Assembly: GCA_047495785.1 (NCBI GenBank)
Contig: JBLDXI010000063.1
Span: forward strand, 366,752 to 430,751
Reading direction: 5' to 3'
Length of the DNA: 64,000 nt
DNA from: Lepidodermella squamata
Lineage: Eukaryota; Animalia; Gastrotricha
Numbering within the stretch: the first letter of the stretch is position 1; every line of letters begins with the position of its first letter. The notes under the pieces are model-generated. The model was not told the origin of the DNA, did no database searches, and saw nothing but the letters and a program-made list of their open reading frames with translations. Below are positions 40,501 through 54,100 of the stretch, in pieces. The position numbers and the translations under genes were made by a program.

Positions 40501-43016
40501 GATTGAGGCACATCGCTGTTGACGCGGTATTCGCAGCAAGCCTGAGCGGGCTGACATGGCTGTTTTCAGCCGTCGCACGTACTGCCGGTATTCGGCATCA
40601 TCCCACTCATGGCGAATCTACGCCATCCGTGCATCATTCGATCGTGGCAGCAATTGCAAACGCAATGGCAGCCGATTGAGGCACATCGCTGTCGACGCGG
40701 TATTCGCAGCAAGCCTGAGCGGGCTAACATGGCTGTTTTCAGCCGTTTCACGTACTGCCGGTATTCGGCATCATCCCACTCGTGGCGAATCAACGCCATC
40801 CGTGCATCATTCGATCGTGGCAGCAATTGCAAACGCAATAGCACCCGATTGAGGCACATCGCTGTTGACGCGGTATTCGTAGCGAGCCTGAGCGGGCTAA
40901 CATGGCTGTTTTCAGCCGTCGCACGTACTGCCGGTATTCGGCATCATGCACATTCGTGGCCATTCGTTCAACGGCATCCGTGCATCATTCGATCGTGGCA
41001 GCAATTGCAAACGCAATGGCACCCGATTGAGGCACATCGCTGTTGACGCGGTATTCGCAGCGAGCCTGAGCGGGCTAACATGGCTGTTTTCAGCCGTCGC
41101 ACGTACTGCCGGTATTCGGCATCATGCACACTCGTGGCGAATCAACGCCATCCGTGCATCATTCGATCGTGGCAGCAATTGCAAACGAAATAGCACCCGA
41201 TTGAGGCACATCGCTGTTGACGCGGTATTCGCAGCAAGCCTGAGCGGGCTGACATGGCTGTTTTCAGCCGTCGCACGTACTGCCGGTATTCGGCATCATC
41301 CCACTCATGGCGAATCTACGCCATCCGTGCATCATTCGATCGTGGCAGCAATTGCAAACGCAATGGCAGCCGATTGAGGCACATCGCTGTCGACGCGGTA
41401 TTCGTAGCGAGCCTGAGCGGGCTAACATGGCTGTTTTCAGCCGTCGCACGTACTGCCGGTATTCGGCATCATGCACACTCGTGGCGAATCAACGCCATCC
41501 GTGCATCATTCGATCGTGGCAGCAATTGCAAACGCAATGGCAGCCGATTGAGGCACATCGCTGTTGACGCGGTATTCGCAGCAAGCCTGAGCGGGCTAAC
41601 ATGGCTGTTTTCAGCCGTCGCACGTACTGCCGGTATTCGGCATCATCCCACTCGTGGCGAATCAACGCCATCCGTGCATCATTCGATCGTGGCAGCAATT
41701 GCAAACGCAATGGCAGCCGATTGAGGCACATCGCTGTTGACGCGGTATTCGCAGCAAGCCTGAGCGGGCTGACATGGCTGTTTTCAGCCATCGCACGTAC
41801 TGCCGGTATTCGGCATCATGCCCACTCGTGGCGAATCAACGCCATCCGTGCATCATTCGATCGTGGCAGCAATTGCAAACGCAATAGCACCCGATTGAGG
41901 CACATCGCTGTTGACGCGGTATTCGTAGCGAGCCTGAGCGGGCTAACATGGCTGTTTTCAGCCGTCGCACGTACTGCCGGTATTCGGCATCATGCACATT
42001 CGTGGCGAATCTACGCCATCCGTGCATCATTCGATCGTGGCAGCAATTGCAAACGCAATGGCAGCCGATTGAGGCACATCGCTGTTGACGCGGTATTCGC
42101 AGCAAGCCTGAGCGGGCTGACATGGCTGTTTTCAGCCATCGCACGTACTGCCGGTATTCGGCATCATGCCCACTCGTGGCGAATCAACGCCATCCGTGCA
42201 TCATTCGATCGTGGCAGCAATTGCAAACGCAATAGCACCCGATTGAGGCACATCGCTGTTGACGCGGTATTCGTAGCGAGCCTGAGCGGGCTAACATGGC
42301 TGTTTTCAGCCGTCGCACGTACTGCCGGTATTCGGCATCATGCCCACTCGTGGCGAATCAACGCCATCCGTGCATCATTCGATCGTGGCAGCAATTGCAA
42401 ACGAAATAGCACCCGATTGAGGCACATCGCTGTTGACGCGGTATTCGCAGCAAGCCTGAGCGGGCTGACATGGCTGTTTTCAGCCATCGCACGTACTGCC
42501 GGTATTCGGCATCATCCCACTCATGGCGAATCTACGCCATACGTGCATCATTCGATCGTGGCAGCAATTGCAAACGCAATGGCAGCCGATTGAGGCACAT
42601 CGCTGTTGACGCGGTATTCGCAGCAAGCCTGAGCGGGCTAACATGGCTGTTTTCAGCCGTCGCACGTACTGCCGGTATTCGGCATCATGCACATTCGTGG
42701 CCATTCGTTCAACGGCATCCGTGCATCATTCGATCGTGGCAGCAATTGCAAACGCAATGGCAGCCGATTGAGGCACATCGCTGTTGACGCGGTATTCGCA
42801 GCGAGCCTGAGCGGGCTAACATGGCTGTTTTCAGCCGTCGCACGTACTGCCGGTATTCGGCATCATGCACACTCGTGGCGAATCAACGCCATCCGTGCAT
42901 CATTCGATCGTGGCAGCAATTGCAAACGAAATAGCACCCGATTGAGGCACATCGCTGTTGACGCGGTATTCGCAGCAAGCCTGAGCGGGCTAACATGGCT
43001 GTTTTCAGCCGTCACA

Positions 43017-43033
43017 ACACATCTCGTGAGAGT
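43017..43033 (+). other. Foreign 17-mer ACACATCTCGTGAGAGT, probable PacBio barcode bc1003 + T (sequencing/assembly artefact)
   Basis: It replaces exactly 17 satellite bases (CGTACTGCCGGTATTCG) with register preserved, while the sister copy at +4001 is intact. The sequence matches my recollection of bc1003 (ACACATCTCGTGAGAG). Confidence 0.9.
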
Positions 43034-46000
43034 GCATCATGCCCACTCGTGGCAAATCAACGCAATCCGTACATCATTCGATCGTGGCAGCAATTGCAAA
43101 CGAAATAGCACCCGATTGAGGCACATCGCTGTTGACGCGGTATTCCCAGCGAGCCTGAGCGGGCTAACATGGATGTTTTCAGCCGTCACACGTACTGCCA
43201 GTATTCGGCATCATGCCCACTCGTGGCGAATCAACGCCATCCGTGCATCATTCGATCGTGGCAGCAATTGCAAACGAAATAGCACCCGATTGAGGCACAT
43301 CGCTGTTGACGCGGTATTCGCAGCAAGCCTGAGCGGGCTGACATGGCTGTTTTCAGCCATCGCACGTACTGCCGGTATTCGGCATCATCCCACTCATGGC
43401 GAATCTACGCCATCCGTGCATCATTCGATCGTGGCAGCAATTGCAAACGCAATGGCAGCCGATTGAGGCACATCGCTGTCGACGCGGTATTCGCAGCGAG
43501 CCTGAGCGGGCTGACATGGTTGTTTTCAGCCGTTTAAAGTACTGCCGGTATTCGGCATCATGCCCACTCGTGGCGAATCAACGCCATCCGTGCATCATTC
43601 GATCGTGGCAGCAATTGCAAACGCAATAGCACCCGATTGAGGCACATCGCTGTTGACGCGGTATTCGTAGCGAGCCTGAGCGGGCTGACATGGCTGTTTT
43701 CAGCCATCGCACGTACTGCCGGTATTCGGCATCATCCCACTCATGGCGAATCTACGCCATCCGTGCATCATTCGATCGTGGCAGCAATTGCAAACGCAAT
43801 GGCAGCCGATTGAGGCACATCGCTGTCGACGCGGTATTCGCAGCGAGCCTGAGCGGGCTGACATGGTTGTTTTCAGCCGTTTAAAGTACTGCCGGTATTC
43901 GGCATCATGCCCACTCGTGGCGAATCAACGCCATCCGTGCATCATTCGATCGTGGCAGCAATTGCAAACGCAATAGCACCCGATTGAGGCACATCGCTGT
44001 TGACGCGGTATTCGTAGCGAGCCTGAGCGGGCTAACATGGCTGTTTTCAGCCGTCGCACGTACTGCCGGTATTCGGCATCATGCACACTCGTGGCGAATC
44101 AACGCCATCCGTGCATCATTCGATCGTGGCAGCAATTGCAAACGAAATAGCACCCGATTGAGGCACATCGCTGTTGACGCGGTATTCGCAGCAAGCCTGA
44201 GCGGGCTGACAAGGCTGTTTTCAGCCATCGCACGTACTGCCGGTATTCGGCATCATCCCACTCATGGCGAATCTACGCCATCCGTGCATCATTCGATCTT
44301 GGCAGCAATTACAAACGAAATAGCACCCGATTGAGGCACATCGCTGTTGACGCGGTATTCGCAGCAAGCCTGAGCGGGCTAACATGGCTGTTTTCAGCCG
44401 TCGCACGTACTGCCGGTATTCGGCATCATGCACACTCGTGGCGAATCAACGCCATCCGTGCATCATTCGATCGTGGCAGCAATTGCAAACGAAATAGCAC
44501 CCGATTGAGGCACATCGCTGTTGACGCGGTATTCGCAGCAAGCCTGAGCGGGCTAACATGGCTGTTTTCAGCCGTTTCACGTACTGCCGGTATTCGGCAT
44601 CATACCCACTCGTGGCAAATCAACGCAATCCGTACATCATTCGATCGTGGCAGCAATTGCAAACGAAATAGCACCCGATTGAGGCACATCGCTGTTGACG
44701 CGGTATTCGCAGCAAGCCTGAGCGGGCTGACATGGCTGTTTTCAGCCGTCGCACGTACTGCCGGTATTCGGCATCATCCCACTCATGGCGAATCAACGCC
44801 ATCCGTGCATCATTCGATCGTGGCAGCAATTGCAAACGAAATAGCACCCGATTGAGGCACATCGCTGTTGACGCGGTATTCGCAGCAAGCCTGAGCGGGC
44901 TGACATGGCTGTTTTCAGCCATCGCACGTACTGCCGGTATTCGGCATCATCCCACTCATGGCGAATCTACGCCATCCGTGCATCATTCGATCGTGGCAGC
45001 AATTGCAAACGCAATGGCAGCCGATTGAGGCACATCGCTGTCGACGCGGTATTCGCAGCGAGCCTGAGCGGGCTGACATGGTTGTTTTCAGCCATCGCAC
45101 GTACTGCCGGTATTCGGCATCATGCCCACTCGTGGCGAATCAACGCCATCCGTGCATCATTCGATCGTGGCAGCAATTGCAAACGCAATAGCACCCGATT
45201 GAGGCACGTCGCTGTTGACGCGGTATTCGCAGCAAGCCTGAGCGGGCTGACATGGCTGTTTTCAGCCGTCGCACGTACTGCCGGTATTCGGCATCATCCC
45301 ACTCATGGCGAATCTACGCCATCCGTGCATCATTCGATCGTGGCAGCAATTGCAAACGCAATGGCAGCCGATTGAGGCACATCGCTGTCGACGCGGTATT
45401 CGCAGCGAGCCTGAGCGGGCTGACATGGTTGTTTTCAGCCGTTTAAAGTACTGCCGGTATTCGGCATCATGCCCACTCGTGGCGAATCAACGCCATCCGT
45501 GCATCATTCGATCGTGGCAGCAATTGCAAACGCAATAGCACCCGATTGAGGCACATCGCTGTTGACGCGGTATTCGTAGCGAGCCTGAGCGGGCTAACAT
45601 GGCTGTTTTCAGCCGTCGCACGTACTGCCGGTATTCGGCATCATGCACACTCGTGGCGAATCAACGCCATCCGTGCATCATTCGATCGTGGCAGCAATTG
45701 CAAACGAAATAGCACCCGATTGAGGCACATCGCTGTTGACGCGGTATTCGCAGCAAGCCTGAGCGGGCTGACATGGCTGTTTTCAGCCATCGCACGTACT
45801 GCCGGTATTCGGCATCATCCCACTCATGGCGAATCTACGCCATCCGTGCATCATTCGATCGTGGCAGCAATTGCAAACGCAATGGCAGCCGATTGAGGCA
45901 CATCGCTGTTGACGCGGTTTTCGCAGCAAGCCTGAGCGGGCTAACATGGCTGTTTTCAGCCGTCGCACGTACTGCCGGTATTCGGCATCATGCACATTCG

Positions 46001-49000
46001 TGGCCATTCGTTCAACGGCATCCGTGCATCATTCGATCGTGGCAGCAATTGCAAACGCAATGGCAGCCGATTGAGGCACATCGCTGTTGACGCGGTATTC
46101 GCAGCGAGCCTGAGCGGGCTAACATGGCTGTTTTCAGCCGTCGCACGTACTGCCGGTATTCGGCATCATGCACACTCGTGGCGAATCAACGCCATCCGTG
46201 CATCATTCGATCGTGGCAGCAATTGCAAACGAAATAGCACCCGATTGAGGCACATCGCTGTTGACGCGGTATTCGCAGCAAGCCTGAGCGGGCTGACATG
46301 GCTGTTTTCAGCCGTCGCACGTACTGCCGGTATTCGGCATCATCCCACTCATGGCGAATCTACGCCATCCGTGCATCATTCGATCGTGGCAGCAATTGCA
46401 AACGCAATGGCAGCCGATTGAGGCACATCGCTGTCGACGCGGTATTCGCAGCAAGCCTGAGCGGGCTAACATGGCTGTTTTCAGCCGTTTCACGTACTGC
46501 CGGTATTCGGCATCATCCCACTCGTGGCGAATCAACGCCATCCGTGCATCATTCGATCGTGGCAGCAATTGCAAACGCAATAGCACCCGATTGAGGCACA
46601 TCGCTGTTGACGCGGTATTCGTAGCGAGCCTGAGCGGGCTAACATGGCTGTTTTCAGCCGTCGCACGTACTGCCGGTATTCGGCATCATGCACATTCGTG
46701 GCCATTCGTTCAACGGCATCCGTGCATCATTCGATCGTGGCAGCAATTGCAAACGCAATGGCAGCCGATTGAGGCACATCGCTGTTGACGCGGTATTCGC
46801 AGCGAGCCTGAGCGGGCTAACATGGCTGTTTTCAGCCGTCGCACGTACTGCCGGTATTCGGCATCATGCACACTCGTGGCGAATCAACGCCATCCGTGCA
46901 TCATTCGATCGTGGCAGCAATTGCAAACGAAATAGCACCCGATTGAGGCACATCGCTGTTGACGCGGTATTCGCAGCAAGCCTGAGCGGGCTAACATGGC
47001 TGTTTTCAGCCGTCACACGTACTGCCGGTATTCGGCATCATGCCCACTCGTGGCAAATCAACGCAATCCGTACATCATTCGATCGTGGCAGCAATTGCAA
47101 ACGAAATAGCACCCGATTGAGGCACATCGCTGTTGACGCGGTATTCCCCGCGAGCCTGAGCGGGCTAACATGGATGTTTTCAGCCGTCACACGTACTGCC
47201 AGTATTCGGCATCATGCCCACTCGTGGCGAATCAACGCCATCCGTGCATCATTCGATCGTGGCAGCAATTGCAAACGAAATAGCACCCGATTGAGGCACA
47301 TCGCTGTTGACGCGGTATTCGCAGCAAGCCTGAGCGGGCTGACATGGCTGTTTTCAGCCATCGCACGTACTGCCGGTATTCGGCATCATCCCACTCATGG
47401 CGAATCTACGCCATCCGTGCATCATTCGATCGTGGCAGCAATTGCAAACGCAATGGCAGCCGATTGAGGCACATCGCTGTCGACGCGGTATTCGCAGCGA
47501 GCCTGAGCGGGCTGACATGGTTGTTTTCAGCCGTTTAAAGTACTGCCGGTATTCGGCATCATGCCCACTCGTGGCGAATCAACGCCATCCGTGCATCATT
47601 CGATCGTGGCAGCAATTGCAAACGCAATAGCACCCGATTGAGGCACATCGCTGTTGACGCGGTATTCGTAGCGAGCCTGAGCGGGCTGACATGGCTGTTT
47701 TCAGCCATCGCACGTACTGCCGGTATTCGGCATCATCCCACTCATGGCGAATCTACGCCATCCGTGCATCATTCGATCGTGGCAGCAATTGCAAACGCAA
47801 TGGCAGCCGATTGAGGCACATCGCTGTCGACGCGGTATTCGCAGCGAGCCTGAGCGGGCTGACATGGTTGTTTTCAGCCGTTTAAAGTACTGCCGGTATT
47901 CGGCATCATGCCCACTCGTGGCGAATCAACGCCATCCGTGCATCATTCGATCGTGGCAGCAATTGCAAACGCAATAGCACCCGATTGAGGCACATCGCTG
48001 TTGACGCGGTATTCGTAGCGAGCCTGAGCGGGCTAACATGGCTGTTTTCAGCCGTCGCACGTACTGCCGGTATTCGGCATCATGCACACTCGTGGCGAAT
48101 CAACGCCATCCGTGCATCATTCGATCGTGGCAGCAATTGCAAACGAAATAGCACCCGATTGAGGCACATCGCTGTTGACGCGGTATTCGCAGCAAGCCTG
48201 AGCGGGCTGACAAGGCTGTTTTCAGCCATCGCACGTACTGCCGGTATTCGGCATCATCCCACTCATGGCGAATCTACGCCATCCGTGCATCATTCGATCT
48301 TGGCAGCAATTACAAACGAAATAGCACCCGATTGAGGCACATCGCTGTTGACGCGGTATTCGCAGCAAGCCTGAGCGGGCTAACATGGCTGTTTTCAGCC
48401 GTCGCACGTACTGCCGGTATTCGGCATCATGCACACTCGTGGCGAATCAACGCCATCCGTGCATCATTCGATCGTGGCAGCAATTGCAAACGAAATAGCA
48501 CCCGATTGAGGCACATCGCTGTTGACGCGGTATTCGCAGCAAGCCTGAGCGGGCTAACATGGCTGTTTTCAGCCGTTTCACGTACTGCCGGTATTCGGCA
48601 TCATACCCACTCGTGGCAAATCAACGCAATCCGTACATCATTCGATCGTGGCAGCAATTGCAAACGAAATAGCACCCGATTGAGGCACATCGCTGTTGAC
48701 GCGGTATTCGCAGCAAGCCTGAGCGGGCTGACATGGCTGTTTTCAGCCGTCGCACGTACTGCCGGTATTCGGCATCATCCCACTCATGGCGAATCAACGC
48801 CATCCGTGCATCATTCGATCGTGGCAGCAATTGCAAACGAAATAGCACCCGATTGAGGCACATCGCTGTTGACGCGGTATTCGCAGCAAGCCTGAGCGGG
48901 CTGACATGGCTGTTTTCAGCCATCGCACGTACTGCCGGTATTCGGCATCATCCCACTCATGGCGAATCTACGCCATCCGTGCATCATTCGATCGTGGCAG

Positions 49001-50392
49001 CAATTGCAAACGCAATGGCAGCCGATTGAGGCACATCGCTGTCGACGCGGTATTCGCAGCGAGCCTGAGCGGGCTGACATGGTTGTTTTCAGCCATCGCA
49101 CGTACTGCCGGTATTCGGCATCATGCCCACTCGTGGCGAATCAACGCCATCCGTGCATCATTCGATCGTGGCAGCAATTGCAAACGCAATAGCACCCGAT
49201 TGAGGCACGTCGCTGTTGACGCGGTATTCGCAGCAAGCCTGAGCGGGCTGACATGGCTGTTTTCAGCCGTCGCACGTACTGCCGGTATTCGGCATCATCC
49301 CACTCATGGCGAATCTACGCCATCCGTGCATCATTCGATCGTGGCAGCAATTGCAAACGCAATGGCAGCCGATTGAGGCACATCGCTGTCGACGCGGTAT
49401 TCGCAGCGAGCCTGAGCGGGCTGACATGGTTGTTTTCAGCCGTTTAAAGTACTGCCGGTATTCGGCATCATGCCCACTCGTGGCGAATCAACGCCATCCG
49501 TGCATCATTCGATCGTGGCAGCAATTGCAAACGCAATAGCACCCGATTGAGGCACATCGCTGTTGACGCGGTATTCGTAGCGAGCCTGAGCGGGCTAACA
49601 TGGCTGTTTTCAGCCGTCGCACGTACTGCCGGTATTCGGCATCATGCACACTCGTGGCGAATCAACGCCATCCGTGCATCATTCGATCGTGGCAGCAATT
49701 GCAAACGAAATAGCACCCGATTGAGGCACATCGCTGTTGACGCGGTATTCGCAGCAAGCCTGAGCGGGCTGACATGGCTGTTTTCAGCCATCGCACGTAC
49801 TGCCGGTATTCGGCATCATCCCACTCATGGCGAATCTACGCCATCCGTGCATCATTCGATCGTGGCAGCAATTGCAAACGCAATGGCAGCCGATTGAGGC
49901 ACATCGCTGTTGACGCGGTTTTCGCAGCAAGCCTGAGCGGGCTAACATGGCTGTTTTCAGCCGTCGCACGTACTGCCGGTATTCGGCATCATGCACATTC
50001 GTGGCCATTCGTTCAACGGCATCCGTGCATCATTCGATCGTGGCAGCAATTGCAAACGCAATGGCAGCCGATTGAGGCACATCGCTGTTGACGCGGTATT
50101 CGCAGCGAGCCTGAGCGGGCTAACATGGCTGTTTTCAGCCGTCGCACGTACTGCCGGTATTCGGCATCATGCACACTCGTGGCGAATCAACGCCATCCGT
50201 GCATCATTCGATCGTGGCAGCAATTGCAAACGAAATAGCACCCGATTGAGGCACATCGCTGTTGACGCGGTATTCGCAGCAAGCCTGAGCGGGCTGACAT
50301 GGCTGTTTTCAGCCGTCGCACGTACTGCCGGTATTCGGCATCATCCCACTCATGGCGAATCTACGCCATCCGTGCATCATTCGATCGTGGCA

Positions 50393-50409
50393 ACACATCT
50401 CGTGAGAGT
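50393..50409 (+). other. Second copy of foreign 17-mer ACACATCTCGTGAGAGT (probable barcode)
   Basis: Exact match to 43017-43033 but at a different monomer position, immediately followed by inverted satellite. Confidence 0.9.
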
Positions 50410-50605
50410 TTGCAATTGCTGCCACGATCGAATGATGCACGGATGGCGTTGATTCGCCACGAGTGGGATGATGCCGAATACCGGCAGTACGTGAAACGGC
50501 TGAAAACAGCCATGTTAGCCCGCTCAGGCTTGCTGCGAATACCGCGTCGACAGCGATGTGCCTCAATCGGCTGCCATTGCGTTTGCAATTGCTGCCACGA
50601 TCGAA
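50410..50605 (-). repeat. Inverted satellite segment (~196 bp, ~1.1 monomers)
   Basis: TTGCAATTGCTGCCACGATCGAATG...GCCACGATCGAA is the reverse complement of the monomer and matches the variant pattern of 46379-46574. Forward array resumes at TGTTGACGCGG (50606). Confidence 0.97.
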
Positions 50606-51100
50606 TGTTGACGCGGTATTCGTAGCGAGCCTGAGCGGGCTAACATGGCTGTTTTCAGCCGTCGCACGTACTGCCGGTATTCGGCATCATGCACATTCGT
50701 GGCCATTCGTTCAACGGCATCCGTGCATCATTCGATCGTGGCAGCAATTGCAAACGCAATGGCACCCGATTGAGGCACATCGCTGTTGACGCGGTATTCG
50801 CAGCGAGCCTGAGCGGGCTAACATGGCTGTTTTCAGCCGTCGCACGTACTGCCGGTATTCGGCATCATGCACACTCGTGGCGAATCAACGCCATCCGTGC
50901 ATCATTCGATCGTGGCAGCAATTGCAAACGAAATAGCACCCGATTGAGGCACATCGCTGTTGACGCGGTATTCGCAGCAAGCCTGAGCGGGCTGACATGG
51001 CTGTTTTCAGCCGTCGCACGTACTGCCGGTATTCGGCATCATCCCACTCATGGCGAATCTACGCCATCCGTGCATCATTCGATCGTGGCAGCAATTGCAA

Positions 51101-54100
51101 ACGCAATGGCAGCCGATTGAGGCACATCGCTGTCGACGCGGTATTCGTAGCGAGCCTGAGCGGGCTAACATGGCTGTTTTTTACCGTTTCACGTACTGCC
51201 AGTATTCGGCATCAGCCCACTCAGCCCATCAACGCAATCCGTACATCATTCGATCGTGGCAGCAATTGCAAACGCAATGGCAGCCGATTGAGGCACATCG
51301 CTGTTGACGCGGTATTCGCAGCAAGCCTGAGCGGGCTAACATGGCTGTTTTCAGCCGTTTCACGTACTGCCGGTATTCGGCATCATCCCACTCGTGGCGA
51401 ATCAACGCCATCCGTGCATCATTCGATCGTGGCAGCAATTGCAAACGCAATGGCAGCCGATTGAGGCACATCGCTGTCGACGCGGTATTCGCAGCAAGCC
51501 TGAGCGGGCTAACATGGCTGTTTTCAGCTGTTTCACGTACTGCCGGTATTCGGCATCATCCCACTCGTGGCGAATCAACGCAATCCGTACATCATTCGAT
51601 CGTGGCAGCAATTGCAAACGAAATAGCACCCGATTGAGGCACATCGCTGTCGACGCGGTATGGCGTATGGCGTAGCGGCATGGCGTAGCGAGCCTGAGCG
51701 GGCTAACATGGCTATTTTCAGCCGTCACACGTACTGCCAGTATTCGGCATCATGCCCACTCGTGGCGAATCAACGCCATCCGTGCATCATTCGATCGTGG
51801 CAGCAATTGCAAACGAAATAGCACCCGATTGAGGCACATCGCTGTTGACGCGGTATTCGCAGCAAGCCTGAGCGGGCTAACATGGCTGTTTTCAGCTGTT
51901 TCACGTACTGCCGGTATTCGGCATCATCCCACTCGTGGCGAATCAACGCAATCCGTACATCATTCGATCGTGGCAGCAATTGCAAACGAAATAGCACCCG
52001 ATTGAGGCACATCGCTGTCGACGCGGTATTCGCAGCAAGCCTGAGCGGGCTAACATGGCTGTTTTCAGCCGTCACACGTACTGCCGGTATTCGGCATCAT
52101 GCCCAGTCGTGGCAAATCAACGCAATCCGTACATCATTCGATCGTGGCAGCAATTGCAAACGAAATAGCACCCGATTGAGGCACATCGCTGTCGACGCGG
52201 TATGGCGTATGGCGTAGCGGCATGGCGTAGCGAGCCTGAGCGGGCTAACATGGCTGTTTTTTACCGTTTCACGTACTGCCAGTATTCGGCATCAGCCCAC
52301 TCGTGGCAAATCAACGCCATCCGTGCATCATTCGATCGTGGCAGCAATTGCAAACGCAATGGCAGCCGATGGAGGTACATCGCTGTTGACGCGGTATTCG
52401 CAGCGAGCCTGAGCGTGCTGACATGGTTGTTTTCAGCCGTTTAAAGTACTGCCGGTATTCGGCATCATGCCCACTCGTGGCGAATCAACGCCATCCGTGC
52501 ATCATTCGATCGTGGCAGCAATTGCAAACGAAATAGCACCCGATTGAGGCACATCGCTGTTGACGCGGTATTCGCAGCAAGCCTGAGCGGGCTAACATGG
52601 CTGTTTTCAGCCGTCGCACGTACTGCCGGTATTCGGCATCATCCCACTCATGGCGAATCTACGCCATCCGTGCATCATTCGATCGTGGCAGCAATTGCAA
52701 ACGCAATGGCAGCCGATTGAGGCACATCGCTGTCGACGCGGTATTCGTAGCGAGCCTGAGCGGGCTAACATGGCTGTTTTCAGCCGTTTCACGTACTGCC
52801 GGTATTCGGCATCATCCCACTCGTGGCGAATCAACGCCATCCGTGCATCATTCGATCGTGGCAGCAATTGCAAACGCAATAGCACCCGATTGAGGCACAT
52901 CGCTGTTGACGCGGTATTCGTAGCGAGCCTGAGCGGGCTAACATGGCTGTTTTCAGCCGTCACACGTGCTGCAGGTATTCGGCATCATGCCCACTCGTGG
53001 CGAATCAACGCCATCCGTGCATCATTCGATCGTGGCAGCAATTGCAAACGCAATGGCAGCCGATTGAGGCACATCGCTGTTGACGCGGTATTCGCAGCAA
53101 GCCTGAGCGGGCTAACATGGCTGTTTTCAGCCGTCACACGTACTGCCGGTATTCGGCATCATGCCCACTCGTGGCAAATCAACGCAATCCGTACATCATT
53201 CGATCGTGGCAGCAATTGCAAACGAAATAGCACCCGATTGAGGCACATCGCTGTCGACGCGGTATTCGCAGCAAGCCTGAGCGGGCTAACATGGCTGTTT
53301 TCAGCCGTCACACGTACTGCCGGTATTCGGCATCATGCCCACTCGTGGCAAATCAACGCAATCCGTACATCATTCGATCGTGGCAGCAATTGCAAACGAA
53401 ATAGCACCCGATTGAGGCACATCGCTGTCGACGCGGTATGGCGTATGGCGTAGCGGCATGGCGTAGCGAGCCAGAGCGGGCTAACATGGCTGTTTTCAGC
53501 CGTCACACGTACTGCCAGTATTCGGCATCATGCCCACTCGTGGCGAATCAACGCCATCCGTGCATCATTCGATCGTGGCAGCAATTGCAAACGAAATAGC
53601 ACCCGATTGAGGCACATCGCTGTCGACGCGGTATTCGCAGCGAGCCTGAGCGGGCTGACATGGTTGTTTTCAGCCGTTTAAAGTACTGCCGGTATTCGGC
53701 ATCATGCCCACTCGTGGCGAATCAACGCCATCCGTGCATCATTCGATCGTGGCAGCAATTGCAAACGCAATAGCACCCGATTGAGGCACATCGCTGTTGA
53801 CGCGGTATTCGTAGCGAGCCTGAGCGGGCTAACATGGCTGTTTTAGCCGTCGCACGTACTGCCGGTATTCGGCATCATGCACACTCGTGGCTAATCAACG
53901 CCATCCGTGCATCATTCGATCGTGGCAGCAATTGCAAACGAAATAGCACCCGATTGAGGCACATCGCTGTCGACGCGGTATTCGCAGCAAGCCTGAGCGG
54001 GCTAACATGGCTATTTTCAGCCGTCACACGTACTGCCAGTATTCGGCATCATGCCCACTCGTGGCGAATCAACGCCATCCGTGCATCATTCGATCGTGGC

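Larger units (their letters stand above)
42630..50750 (+). repeat. Tandem duplication / higher-order repeat with 4001-bp period (~23 monomers)
   Basis: The ORF track repeats at +4001 (43343/47344, 43984/47985, 44905/48906, 45773/49774). Private SNPs GACAAGGCTG (~44211/48212) and GCGGTTTTCG (~45919/49920) occur once per copy. Confidence 0.92.
31501..51100 (+). repeat. Satellite domain C, marked by 178-bp monomers (CATTCGTGGCCATTCGTTCAACGGC)
   Basis: The variant occurs at 33123, 35386, 40253, 40951, 42692, 45995, 46693, 49996 and 50694. TGGATG, AATTACAAAC, CATCATACCC and GGCACGTCGC are confined to this interval. Confidence 0.8.

Noticed and set aside
49991-50789. Novel-looking chimeric ORFs around the inversion
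   Set aside because: They are read-through products of forward satellite, the 17-mer and inverted satellite.
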